A stretch of DNA of 64,000 bases from Cetorhinus maximus (Eukaryota), in the NCBI RefSeq assembly GCF_964194155.1, contig NC_135888.1, forward strand, positions 112,592,001-112,656,000, read 5' to 3'. Made by a program: the position numbers and the translations under genes. Below, piece by piece: positions 22,571 through 35,260 of the stretch. Under the pieces are notes generated by a model, which saw nothing but the letters and a program-made list of their open reading frames with translations, ran no database searches and had not been told where the DNA came from. Position 1 is the first letter of the stretch; each line of letters begins with the position of its first letter.

Positions 22571-23579
22571 CTGTACAAGCATGAGTATGTTCCACAGATA
22601 CCACTTTGGAACTGTAAGTGCACTTGAAGTGTGTAAAAGATGGGCATGACTGCGCCCAAATTCTTAGCCCAAAAGTGTTAATACTGGGGCTCTAGAAAAA
22701 TTATTCAGAGGCTCAACAGTAGATGAAAGTTTCTGAAAGTTGTTTCTCCAATTAAAAATTGCTATTAGATGAATGCAAACTAGTTACCAGTATGGATGGA
22801 TTATGTTGTCTGATTACATTAAGAATACTTAAGAGTTTTCCCAAGGAAGGAAAGACTTTATAAGCCTCCAGCAAGCAGCCTGGCCTTCATTGGCTAATTA
22901 AAAATCTGTTACGGCCTCTGACATATCTGTTTAGATTCAATGACATCTTTCTATGTGATGGAATGGGCCAGCTTTTTCGGTCAAATAATAAAATAGGCAG
23001 AAAAGGGGGTTTTACTCTGTGAAACTAACTAACTGTGTAAAATATGGGATTGATGAGTGACATAGAGTGATATTTCTGAACTAGGTTCAGAAAGGCTGTG
23101 TCCAATCTGATAGAAACAAGTGTATCCTAAATTAATGAAACAGGTCTAGTCTCTGAGAAAACACAGAAAGAACCCCATCACAAGAGAGATGAATGGGCCA
23201 GAATTTCCTCCTGATTTACACCCAGATATACACCCAGTTTGAGCCTAAACAACTCAAACAGCATATAAAAGTGTGGAAATTTGAATAGTTACTCTTGTAA
23301 CTACAATACTTGTAAGTATCCTCAACATTTTAAGTGTGTTTATTGAACCCTGTATCCGATCAAATCCTCACTCATAAAACTAGACATACCCTCTGCACCG
23401 ACGCTTTTTTCAATAGCTTTCTTTTTAATGTTTTTTTTTACCAATACCGCATGCTGAGGGACAAGTTGGGGCCCCCGCACAGATTCTCAGAGGCACAGCT
23501 ACTGGTGCTAATATGAATCTAGGGGAAATAACCAACAGTGAATCAAACCTTATGACTATCCTGGTCCTCCAAAAGTTAT

Positions 23580-23960
23580 ACACAGGGACATAGAAAGATT
23601 TAGGAAGGAGGCCATTTGGCCCATTGTTTCCATGCTGGCCAAAAAAGGATTATCCAATCTAATCCTATCTTCCATCTCTTGATCCATGGCCCTGTAGGCT
23701 AGGCACCTCGAGTGCGTATCGGAGATTTTTTTCAATGTGATGAAGGTTTCTGCTTCTACTACCCTTTCAGGCAGTGAATTCCAGTCCTAAATCAGCCCCT
23801 GGTTGAAAAAAAATATTCCTCAACCCCTTTCTAATCAGCTATCTCAAATCTACGCTTCCTGGTTATTATTTTCTCCACTAATGGATATGGGTCCTTAACC
23901 CATTCACTCATAATTTTATACGTCTCAGTCAAATGTTCCCTCAGCCTCTTCTCTTCTGTA
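23580..23960 (-). mobile_element. CR1 3' fragment
   Basis: Homologous to the tails at 11100-11500 and 34190-34570. Confidence 0.7.
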
Positions 23961-24496
23961 AGTAAGCCTGGGTAGTAGATTTTAGTTTAACTCCACCATT
24001 TTTAAGACATTTTCACATTATATTCACTGCAGTAAACTAACAACGTCAAGGTGCCATTTTGTACAAACACTGGGCAAAAGAAGCCACCTTGTATTCCGAA
24101 TAACTAAACCCAAAAAACCACACACACATGTACTGAACAAGAATTACTGCAGTAACCAGCCAGAAACAGATGCTGAATGAGTAGTGTACATCCACTAAGT
24201 TATGATTGAAGACTAGGTAATTATTCAACATTAAGGCTAGGAATTAACTAATGTCTGAAAGTTTAAAAGTATTAATTTGCTGCTGTAAGTTTTGTCTGTG
24301 GGTAAGGGAGAAGTCAGATACTACTGAGTGCGAATCTGCATATTGGTCCTTGGTCATCTTGAGCAGGTGAATGGCACAAATTCAGTTAAGGGAAACTTCA
24401 TGAAAAGTCTCATTGTTCCGCCCCCTGGGCAGCGTGTGCAAATGGTCAAATCCAATAAAATTAACCCTGTAACAACAATTGACCAATTGACTATTT

Positions 24497-25365
24497 TTGG
24501 GAAATAGAGATAGTTTAAGTAAGTTATATTGGTATTTTTAGGCGTTAGGAATGAGTTTTAGCTTTAAGGTTTAAGTTTGATTTGTATTTCTGTATCTGTG
24601 TTAAGAAAGGTCAAAATGAGTTGTAGTTTCACTTTAAAAAGGTGCCTGCATTTCTAATGAGGTTTTTTTACGACTGTTGTAACTAAGGTAAACAAAGAAG
24701 AGAGAATTGGGGTAATGCCTAGCAACAGGGGTCCAGAGAGGCAGGCCCCTTCCACAAACACACACAGAAAAGCTAGAAACAGCAGTTTTGATTTGGAAGC
24801 TGTTGGAGTTCAGCTGGTTTTGAAGATAGCTACCAAACAGAAACCCCCTAGAAGGGGAGATAGCCAGCTCCAAGATAAAGTTGGGTGAAAGTAGCTGCCA
24901 GTAAGCGACTGGAGCAAGAGGGACAGATAGCCAGTCCCAAGCTAAGGTAAAACCCCAAAATCCAGGGGAGTGGAAGAGGGGAAAGTCCAAAGCAGACTTT
25001 CTAGTCAAAAGAAGGACAGGAACCTAGAAAAGGTCCTGTTAAATGAAGTTAAGAGTGAGGGGCAGAGAGAAAGGCTCCAAGCTCCAGTTTTAAAGAGACA
25101 GAAGCTGCAGGAAGCAGATTTAAGGCGAGAACAGCTTTCAAGAGGCAAGAATGTCCAAAGAGACGGCTGAAGGTCTGTTATTCGTTGCCATGGGCATGTG
25201 AAACAGTGGTACTGTTGTGAACTGAGTCAGTGAGAGAGACTGTGTGGGTGACAGCTTGAATGCATGTGGCGACCTAGGGAAGAGGAATATCGGAAGGAGA
25301 GTTTGAAACCTTTGAGGTGAACCCTTGCAGAAGGTGTCTGAGAGAAAGCATCGGGTTGGGAGAAA
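24497..25365 (+). mobile_element. 3'-truncated copy of the LTR at 3859-5150
   Basis: Colinear from GAAATAGAGATAGTTTAAGTAAG to AAAGCATCGGGTTGGGAGAA, with an extra segment of about 130 bp (about 24790-24930). Confidence 0.85.
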
Positions 25366-25435
25366 AAATTAACTGCTTTTTAGAATTACTATCCAGATTT
25401 CTGCACTACTGTGGAGAGAGGATGAGCACTCCTAC

Positions 25436-25530
25436 CCCTGCTTGCTCCACCTTCAGGAAGTCATCATTTGAAAACATTTGCACCTTTTCAGGGTGGTCTC
25501 CAGTGGTCATTTTAAGTACAACTTGTTAAG
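25436..25530 (-). other. Candidate exon with possible start codon (MTTGDHPEKVQMFSNDDFLKVEQAG)
   Basis: ttcacatacag acceptor, GG|gtagga donor, ATG at 25510-25508 with A at -3 and an upstream in-frame stop. It ends in phase 0, so it needs an unseen linker exon. Confidence 0.25.
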
Positions 25531-25699
25531 CTGTATGTGAAATCAGTTACCATGATGCAGCAGGCCCTGCCTGCTTCATGCAATAAACCAATTTTAATAT
25601 GCAAACTGAGGTGCAATGATTCTGATCAGGATGGAAATAGTTAGAGCATGGAATGTGGAAACAGGATAACACTGCACAAACAGGAAAACATTAATACAA

Positions 25700-26101
25700 C
25701 ACGGGAACAGTGAGAGGGCAGGGTAACAGCAAGAGAGCAGGGTAACTGAGAGCAGGGTAACTGAGAGAGAGCAGGGTAACAGCACGTGGGCTAGGGTAAC
25801 AGTGAGAGGGCAGGGTTACGGCATGAGGGCGGGGTAACTGCGACGCGACAGGGCAGGGTAACAGTGCAAGAGCAAGGTTACAGTGCGAGAGCAAGGTAAC
25901 AGCGAGAGAGCAGTTTGACAGCAAGACAACAAGGTCACAGCTAGAGGGCAGGGTCACAGTGAGGGAGCAGGGTCACAGGGAGCATGCAGGCTAAGAGCGG
26001 GAGAGCAGGCTAAGAGCGGGAGAGCAGGCTAAGAGCAGGACAGCAGGCTAAGAGTGAAAGAGCAGGGTAATAGCAGGACAACAGTGTGGTAACAGGGTAA
26101 C
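25700..26101 (+). repeat. Degenerate minisatellite of (GAGAGCAGGGTAAC..) 15-19-bp units, including a GAGAGCAGGCTAAGAGCGG sub-array
   Basis: About 20 repeated GCAGGGTAAC/GCAGGCTAAG cores are directly visible. Confidence 0.85.
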
Positions 26102-26334
26102 TTTGTAATAGTTACAAAACACACCTGACTTCATCTTGTCACTTCAAGGTTCAGCTTCACCTGTAATCAGCAGGATTTTACAAAATAAAATTAATGCTCA
26201 TTCTTCTGAAAGTTTACATGCAAGCAACAACTTTAAAAATATCAGTCTCAGACACCCCCACTCCCTTCCTCCCATCTGCCCCTTAATATTACTGCCTGTG
26301 TATTTGTTGGTAAATCACAGGTATTTGTTAGAGA

Positions 26335-26666
26335 AATAACTTACATTTCTTCAGCACCTTTCCCAATCTCAGGGCATCTAAATGTGTTTTACAGCCAATT
26401 AAGTACTGTTGAAATGTTGGATTGTTGCAATATAGGAAAAGTGAAAGCTAATTTACACCCAGCAATGTCCCTCAAATAGCAAATCAGATAAATGTTCTAT
26501 TTTAGAGGGTGTTGTCTGAAGGATAAACATAAGTCAGGAGAGCTGGGGAACTTCGATGGTCTTTCCCACAATGTGTCACGGAGTATTTTATATCCACTGA
26601 GAGGCCAGAATGAACCTCGGTCTAACACCTTATCCAAAATATGCAGCCCAGGATTGCAGTATTCCT
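26335..26666 (-). mobile_element. Deu-domain SINE (SacSINE1/AmnSINE-like), decayed
   Basis: Reverse-complement homology to 28315-28712, including the L2-type tail. Confidence 0.6.
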
Positions 26667-26860
26667 AAACAAAAACAGAAAATGCTGGAAAAACTCAACA
26701 GGTCTGACAGCATCCATGGAGAGAGAAAAAAAAAAACAAAGTTAATGTTTCATGTCCATATGGATAGTCTCCACAGATGCTGTCAGACCTGCTGAGTTTT
26801 TCCAGCATTTTCTGTTTTTGTTTCAGATTTCCATCATATGCAGTATTTTACTTTGATCTT
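26667..26860. mobile_element. Penelope terminal fragment as an inverted pair
   Basis: AAACAAAAACAGAAAATGCTGGAAAAACTCAACAGGTCTGACAGCATC and its reverse complement; flanking ATTGCAGT(A/G)TTC repeat. Confidence 0.75.
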
Positions 26861-26890
26861 ATTATTGCAGTGTTCATACACCACTGTACA

Positions 26891-27266
26891 AGGGAACGGT
26901 GGCACAGTGGTTTGTTTACTGGACTAGTAACCGAGAGGCCTGGACTAAAGAGCTGGAGAAATGAGGTTAAATCTCACAACCTGTGCTGCTGCAGAATAAA
27001 AATTTAGTTAATTAAATAAGCGGAATAAAAAGTTAGTATCGGTAATGGTGACCATGAAGCTACTAGATTGTTGCAAAAACCTGTCTAGTTTACTACCGGG
27101 AGGGAAATCTATTTTCCTTACCTGGCTTGGCCAAGATGTCACTCCAGACCCACTGCCATGGTTGGCTCTTAGCTGCCTAGCAAACCATCAGTTAAAGGCA
27201 GTTAGGGGTGGGCAATAAATACTGGCCTTGATGGTGTTGCACAGATCCCATGAATAAATAAAAAAA
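26891..27266 (+). mobile_element. tRNA-headed SINE (same family as 453-1441)
   Basis: GGTGGCACAGTGG..GGACTAGTAACC head; GGGCAATAAATACTGGCC..ATCCCATGAATAAATAAAAAAA tail. Confidence 0.8.
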
Positions 27267-27278
27267 TCAGATCTAATA

Positions 27279-27900
27279 GCGGCAGGGTTTTCCGTGCCTG
27301 CCAGCATCAGGCGTGTTTGGTGGCGTGAGTGGACAATATGGTGCGATTGCTTTCATGTGGGTGTGAAATCAGTTTGTGATCGTCCTCTCAACCCGCCAAT
27401 GGGGGTGGGCTGTGTTTTCCCGCCATCGGACGTCGGGAACCCCATTGTATTACATCTGCATATCATTATTAGGCTGCCGCCAGAATTGTCCCCCACAATT
27501 GGATCGTTCGCTCACGTTGGCGGGAAAGCACGCCAACGTGTTTCACTACAGCACATAAAAGGCGTACACTTGGCGAGGTGCACTTTGAAGGGAACTCGGA
27601 GGTGAGTACACCAGATTCGCCTGTTGGACTTCAAGGTTGAGGTGTGTTGGGGGATGGGGGTGGGGGGGGTTGGGGATCAAGGGCAGCCCCGTGGCTGAAT
27701 GTAGCGCACAAGCATTCGGGGTGGGTGAGGGAAGTGGCTACACATTAGGGACATCTTATATAAAGTGACCATTCCTCTGCAACTGAGACAGTTCAGGTGC
27801 AGCCATTGATATGATTGGAGTTGGCCTTCTAGCTTATCTGCCCACTCGAGCAATGCAGAGGCATCAAAGTGCCACCAAGTGCTCCAGAGCTTTTCACCTC
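27279..27900. mobile_element. GC-rich Harbinger-related end fragment
   Basis: GGCAGGGTTTTCC terminus resembling the MITE TIRs and a CpG-rich subterminal region; second end not found. Confidence 0.4.
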
Positions 27901-28314
27901 TGACTGTTTCTGGTCATTCTCAGAAATATCATGTAAGCAAGAATACATTCACAGTATCTCATCTATAATAAAATTCAAGGCAGTAAAAGATCATTTGGCC
28001 CTTTGGAGCTTCTCCCTCTAGGTGTTGCAAATCTTCAAAAAAGCTGCATGTGGAAGTTTAGTATCTAACACAGGCTATCATACTGGCTTTATAATGTAAG
28101 CTTTATAATTATTAGTTTGTTGCCGAGTCAATCCCTCAGTATAAATGTAGGAATTTGATATTATTAGAACCTACTCACATTACAGGATTACTGCCACTGG
28201 AAGCAACTGCACAACAGAACAGGTTGTCAATTAAATTTTATATGGATGTAAAAACGTCCACAGAAGCAACCAATGTACCTTGTCTTCCATTGTTGAAGCT
28301 GATGACTTGCACTG

Positions 28315-28712
28315 GTTGGCTGGCCTTAGTTCAGCAGTAGTATTATCATTTTTGAGTGAGAAAGCCAAATGTCTACTGCAGGGTTTGAGCACATAATTAC
28401 TAAATGAGGAAGTGCAGCATTGGTGGTGGTGTCTATTATATGAGACACTAAACTAAGGCTCCATCTGTCCTTTCAGGTGGATGTAAAAAGATCCCATAGC
28501 ACAGTTTGAAAACCTTGGCCAATATTTATCCATCGGACAACACCATCAAAATCAATTAAATGGTCATTCATCTCATTGGCTGTACACAAATTGGCTACTT
28601 ATTTTATCTACACAACAACAGTGGACTATACTTCAAAAGTATTTCATTGGCTGGGAACTGTTTGGGAAATCTTGAGATTGTGAAAACCCCAACATAAATA
28701 AGTCTTTTCTTC
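28315..28712 (+). mobile_element. Deu-domain SINE (SacSINE1-like)
   Basis: TCAGGTGGATGTAAAAAGATCCCATAGCAC..GGCCAATATTTATCC..CTTCAAAAGTATTTCATTGGCTG, matching the recalled DeuSINE core and tail. Confidence 0.7.
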
Positions 28713-29862
28713 AAGAGATTCTACTTGTCTGTTCTTTTGCTGAACAGACACAAAAGGCCAGGCACTGTGTAATGCCTCAGTTATTGGTTAAATAACAACA
28801 GCCTGAACTCCACTTACTGATTAACTGCTCTTACTGCACCTTGATATTTTTGGCAGTAACATTATGCACTCAAGGTTACAATGAATTTAACCTCTCTTTT
28901 TGTTACAGAAAAACACCCCGGAAAAACCAAAGTAAACCAGAAACATTTCAGCAGGATCCTGTGCTGTTTGCACAAGCAGGATTTGTTTCCAATGGGCTTT
29001 GCTGTAGTTTTAAGTGAAGCACATTAATATTTTATTAATTTGTTCATACAACTGACTTTCCTGAAAGATAGAATAATACAGAAACTGCTGGGTGTAATCA
29101 CATTCAATTACTTCCGTCTTAATCACCAGTCAAGTTTTTCCACAGATTGAGGCAGCAGTGTTTTATTCTCAATGCAGCCTTTACATCCTGTGATTTTATT
29201 ACTTTAAAATTCCCAGTAGTTGAAATAAATAATGCAGGAGTCGAGGTAAATGTAAGTATTTCCTAGAGCTCAAGTCACTATGTGGGGCACAAGTCTTCTT
29301 GAATTTAATTTTTAAATGTAAAACTTACATATACATGGTAAGCTGACTGGTTGTGGATCATAAGTTCGCATTCAGTTGTGACAGCAAATGAAATCAGAAA
29401 CGCTGGAAGTACTCGGACAATTAGACACGGTTTCTGTGGAGAGCAATAAGTCAACCTTTCAGTCATTCTGTTCATTAGAAGGGCTTGCAATGGAGGACAA
29501 CGCATGAAATGTTGGCTTGGCAACTCTAGTTAGATGTATGTTCCTAAGTTTCATCAAATGACATTTTCATACTCCCCATTCAGTCAAACAGCCTGTTTTT
29601 CCCCAAACTCAATATTTAGAAATTTTTATAGAAAGCACATTTTTTTAATGTGACAGCATTGCTGGCAGTAGTGTCTGGGAGATTAATCTTGAATTCATGG
29701 AGATGCCAGGATAATTCTGAAGTGATTTGCAACCCAAAAATCACAGGAAAAGGTGGGCTTTAGGAGATAATGGGATTAAGGGAACGGCCATAAATATGTG
29801 AATTGAAGTCCATGATCAGTTTGGGGTTTTTTTTTGCTCCAAGCTGATATAGAGCTCTTCTT

Positions 29863-32705
29863 TAAGACCATAAGACCATAAGGCATAGGAACAGAAATTA
29901 GGCCATTCGGGCCATCGAGTCTGCTCCGCCATTCAATCATGGCTGATAAGTTTCTCAACCCCATTCTCCCACCTTCTCCCCGTAACCTTTGATCCCCTTA
30001 CCAATCAAGAACCTATCTATCTCGGTCTTAAATACACTCAATGACCTGGCCTCCACAGCCTTCTGTGGCAATGAATTCCATAGATTCACCACTCTCTGGC
30101 TAAAGAAGTTTCTCCTCATCTCTGTTATAAAAGGTCTTCCCTTTAATCTGAGGGTGTGCCCTCGGGTCCTATTCTCTCCTACTAATGGAAACATCTTCCT
30201 CATGTCCACTCTATGTAAGTTTCAATCAGATCCCGCCTCATCCTTCTAAACTCCATCGAGTATAGACCCAGAGTCCTCAAACGTTCCTCATATGTTAAGC
30301 CTTTCATTCCTGGGATCATTCACGTGAACCTCCCCTGGACCCTCTCCAGGGCCAGCACATCCTTCCTGAGATACAGGGCCCAAAATTGCTCACAATATTC
30401 TAAGTATGGTCTGACCAGAGCCTTATAAAGCCTCAGCAGCACATCCCTGCTTTTATATTCTAGTCCTCTCAAAATAAATGCCAACATTGCATTTGCCTTC
30501 CTAACTACCGACTTAACCTGCAAGTTAACCTTAAGCGAATCCTGGACTAGGACTCCCAAGTCTCTTTGCACTCCAGACTTCTGAATTCTCTCCCCATTTA
30601 GAAAATAGTCTATGCCTCTATTCTTCCTACCAAAGTGTATGACCTCACACTTCCCCACGTTGTATTCCATCTGCCACTTCTTTGCCCATTCTCCTAACCT
30701 GTCTAAATCCTTCTGCAGCCTCCCCGCCTCCTCAATACTACCTGTCCCTCCACCTATCTTTGTATCATCTGCAAACTTAGCCAGGATGCCATCAGTTCCT
30801 TCATCTAGATCATTAATGCATAAAGTGAAAAGTTGTGGTCCCAACACTGAGCCCTGCGGAACTCCATTAGTCACCGGCCGTCATCCTGAGAAGGACCCCC
30901 TTATCCCCACTCTCTGCCTCCTGCCAGACAGCCAATCTTCTATCTATGCTAGTGCCTTGCCTCTAACACCATGGGCTCTTATCTTACTGAGCAGCCTCCT
31001 GTGCGGCACCTTGTCAAAGGCCTTCTGGAAGTCCAAGTAGATAACATCCATTGGCTCTCCTTTGTCTAACCTACTCATTACCTCCTCAGAGAATTCTAAC
31101 AAATTTGTCAGGCATGAACTCCCCTTGATGCAACCATGCTGACTTTGCCCAATTTTACCATGCACTTCCGAGTATTCTGAAATCTCATCCTTAATAATGG
31201 ACTCTAAAATCTTACCAACGACCGAGGTCAGGCTAATCGCCCTGTAATTTCCCGTCTTTTGCCTCACTCCCTTCTTAAACAGGGGGGTTACATTAGCGAT
31301 TTTCCAGTCCTCTGGGACCCTCCCTGACTCCTGTGATTCCTGAAAGATCACCACTAACGCCTCCACTATCTCTTCAGCTATCTCCTTCAGAACTCTGGGG
31401 TGTAATCCATCTGGTCCAGGTGATTTATCCACCTTCAGACCTTTCAGTTTTCCTAGCACCTTCTCCTTGGTAATGGCCACCATACTCACCTCTGCCCCCC
31501 GGACTCTCTTGAACTTTGGGGATGTCACTCGTGTCTTCCACTGTGAAGATTGACGCAAAGTACCTATTCAGTTCCTCCGCCATTTCTTTGTTCCCCACTA
31601 CTACTTCTCCAGCTTCATTTTCCAGCAGCCCAATGTCCATTTTTGCCTCTCTCTTACCCTTTATATATCTAAAAAACTCTTGCAATCTTCTTCTATATTA
31701 CTGGCTAGTTTACCCTCATATTTAATCTTCTCCCTCCTTATTTCTTTTTTAGTTGTCCTCTGTTGGTCTTTGTAGGCTTCCCAATCCCCTGGTTTCCCAC
31801 TGCTCTTCGCCACATTGTATGCTTTCTCTTTAGCTTTTATGCTGTCCCTGATTTCCCTTGTCAGCCATGGTTGCCTCGTCCTCCCTTTAGTATGCTTCTT
31901 CTTCCTAGGGATGAATTTTTGCTGTGTCTCCCAAATTACTCCCAGAAACTCCTGCCATTGTTGTTCCACTGTCTTTCCTGCGAGGCTAATCTCCCAGTCA
32001 AATCTGGCCAGCTCCTCCCTCATGCCTCTGTAGTTGCCTTTATTCACTATAATACCGTTACATCTGATTCCAGCTTTTTCCTTTCAAATTGCAGGGTAAA
32101 TTCTATCATATTATGGTCACTTCCTCCTAAGGGTTCCTTCACCTTAAGCTCCCTTATCAAATCTGCCTCATTACACATCACTAAATCTAGAATTGCCTGT
32201 TTCCTAGTGGGCTCCACCACAAGCTGCTCCAAAAAGCCATCTCGTAGACATTCCACAATTCCTTTTCTTGGGATCTACTACCAACCTGATTTTCCCAGTC
32301 TACCTGCATATTGAAATCCCCCATGATCACTGTAACCTTGCCTTTCTTAAGCACCTTTTCTATCTCCTGGTGTATCTTGTGCCCCACATCCTGACTACTG
32401 TTCGGAGGCCTGTACATAACTCCCATTATGGTTTTTTTAACTTTGCGGTTCCTCAACTCTACCCACACAGATTCTACATCATCTGACCCTACATCATTTC
32501 TTGTTATCGATTTAATTTCATTTCTTACTAACAAAGCAACCCCACCCCCTCTGCCAACCTGCCTATCTTTTCGATAGGATGTATATTCTTGGATATTTAG
32601 CTCCCAGTCCTGATCCCCTTGCAGCCATGTCTCCGTGATGCCCACCACATCATACCTGCCAATTTCAATCTGCGCCACAAGCTCATTTACCTTATTTTGT
32701 ATACT
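29863..32705 (-). mobile_element. CR1 LINE, nearly complete ORF2 (APE endonuclease + RT) with frameshifts
   Basis: ORFs 32187..32723 (GITETWL, YRPP, GDFN), 32047..32256 (SDH), 30944..31558 and 30320..30874 (PQGSVLGP, FADD); tail repeat (TAAGACCA)n. Confidence 0.95.
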
Positions 32706-33306
32706 TTTAAACACAAAGTTCACCCTGTTAATTCGCTACACTTCTTCAGTCACCATCAAACTGCACAGTAAATAACTTTTACAGAACTTAAAACCTCAGA
32801 TTGTAGCATATAAATCAGTGAGTGACTGGAATCCAAATCACAAGTTTCACTCAGTGGTTATAATCTGGTACAGCGGTCATTGATGCTCCTTTGGAATGTA
32901 CTTCAGTGTGAGAAGGTTAAGGTTGAGGGAAAATAAACAAGAAGGATAAAGAACTTCAATAAAAAGAAAGAAAAATTAAAACTCAAAAGATAGAGGGAGA
33001 AAAGACAATTTCATTGTCTTTAGCTTTAGTGCTTTGTTTATAACTATCAGGACTAACATTGCAAATTATGTTTGTAACTTTTACTCACAGAACAATGTTT
33101 CACAAAAGTAATTTACAACTCTTTATAAATGTGAAATAAAACAATAGGAATTAGTCCAAAAACTGTTGATGTTGAGTGTTTGTTTTTGCCTTTCCTACTT
33201 TTGTTTAGTTAAATTATAACCAAACCAGAAATTGCCCCACATTTCAAATTCAAATGAGCGTTTTAGTCAAAATGAAACAGAAAGAAATATAACTTTTTGC
33301 ACTTAC

Positions 33307-33397
33307 CAACATTGGATTTAGGTCCAAAAAAACAGCAGCAGGAATTAATGTGGTACACTTTCCTTTCGAACACAAAATTTCACAACGAAACCAGAGC
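33307..33397 (-). other. Candidate upstream exon (UTR or coding) of the minus-strand gene
   Basis: gtatacag acceptor and strong TTG|gtaagt donor; one open frame (LWFRCEILCSKGKCTTLIPAAVFLDLNPML) in unique sequence. Confidence 0.3.
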
Positions 33398-34157
33398 CTG
33401 TATACAATTATTTACTGTACTTGAAAGCTGTTTGCAGTTATGTGGGGTAAAGTCAATGAAAGTTAGATAAACAATATTTATAAATAGGGACAAGGTAGGA
33501 TGTTTTGTCAGGAATTGCTATGCAGGGATATTGGAGAGGAATGTTGGCATAAATTTCATGAATAGCCCTAAGCGTTCTTAGATAACAAAGTCCACTTAAA
33601 TTCTTCTCTGTCTTTGCTAAGATTACAATAACACATACCACAGCTGCACCAATTCGAAGAATAAAATGACATGAAATTAGACCTACCTGGGAGAAATTAT
33701 AAAGCAGCGACCTTTTGAAGTCATAAACCATGAGCGTTTAGCCCAAGTAGTTTTCAACATTTTCGAAGATTCTAATGGATTACGTAGGCCGTTTAGCCCC
33801 TCAAGCCTGTTCTGCCATTCAGTGAGATCATTTCTGATCTGTGACCTAATTCCATGTACCCACCCTTGCCCTATATCCCTTAACACCTTTGGCTAACAAA
33901 AACAATATAAATTCAGTTTTAAATTTGTTACAATGATGAGGTTTATAAGATTGTTATATTTGTTATATTTTGGGACTATTGGCTGAATCTTCTGCTCCGG
34001 GCCTAAGTTCCGTGGCGGGGGCAGGAAGTGAGTGTTTTCCGCCGCCGAGCACAGCAGGAAGTCATACCAAATCATGCAATATTAGCTCATTAATTATGTG
34101 GCTGGGCTTTCCCAACGTTTTTCACGGTGGGGGAGGCAGTGCCCTGCATGCCCTGCC

Positions 34158-35260
34158 ATCATAGAGTCATAGTCATAGAGTCATAGAGGTCTACAACAGA
34201 GAAAAAGGCCCTTTGGCCCATCGAGTCTGCACCGGTCAAACAAGGACCGAATTATTCTAATCCCATGTTCCAGGACTAGGCCCATAGCCTTGTATGCCAT
34301 GGCATTGCAAGTGCACATCCAAATGCTTCTTAAATGTTATGAGAGTTTCTGCCTCTACCACCCTTTCAGGCAGTGAGTTCCAAGTTCCCACCACCCTCTG
34401 GATGAAAAATTATTCTTCCCATCCCCTCTAAACCTCCTGCCCTTTACATTGAATCTATGCCCCCTGGTTATTGATCCCTCCACCAAGGGGAAGAGTTCTT
34501 CCTGTCTACCCTATCTATGCCCCTCATAATTTTATACACTTCAATCATGTCCCCCCTCAATCTCCTCTGCTCCAAGGAAAATAACCCCAGTTTATCCAAT
34601 CTCTCCAAATAATTAAAACTCTCCAGCCGAGGCAACATCCTGGTAAATCTCCTCTGCATTCTCTCTAGTGCAATCACATCCTTCCTATAATGCGGATTCC
34701 AGAACTGCACGCAACTCTAGCTGTGGCCTAACCAGCGTTTTATACAGTTCCAGCATAACCTCCCTGCTCTTATATTCTATGCCTCAGCTAATAAAGGCGA
34801 GTATCCCATATGCCTTCTTAACCACCTTATCTACCTGTCCCACTACCTTAAGGGACCAGTGGACATGCACACCAAGGTCCCTCTGATCCTCGGTACTTCC
34901 CAGGGTCTTACCATTCATTGTGTATTCCCGTGCCTTGTTTGTCCTGCCCAAGTGCATCACCTCACACTTATCCTGATTAAACTCCATTTGCCACTGATCA
35001 GCCCATCTGACTAGCCTGTCTATATCCTCCTCTAATTTAAGGCTATCCTCCTCACTATTTACCACCCCACCAATTCTCGTGTCATCCGCGAACTTACTGA
35101 TCAATCCTCCTACATTCAAGTCTAAATCATTTATATATACCACAAACAGCAAGGGAACCAACACCGATCCCTGTGGAACCCCACTGGACACAGGCATCCA
35201 GTCACAAAAACACCCTTCAACTATCACCCTCTGCTTCCTGCCACTCAGCCAATTCTGGAT
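34158..35260 (-). mobile_element. 5'-truncated CR1 (RT C-terminal half and 3' UTR)
   Basis: ORFs 34784..35227 (PQGSVL, FADD) and 34468..34710; tail (CATAGAGT)n. Confidence 0.92.

Noticed and set aside
25700-26101. CRISPR array or interstitial telomere
   Set aside because: No unique spacers, eukaryotic context, and the core is GGGTAA within longer units rather than tandem TTAGGG.
33687-33771. Candidate exon ending CCAG|gtaggt
   Set aside because: The acceptor is weak and abuts a CR1 tail fragment; no homology to SORBS proteins.
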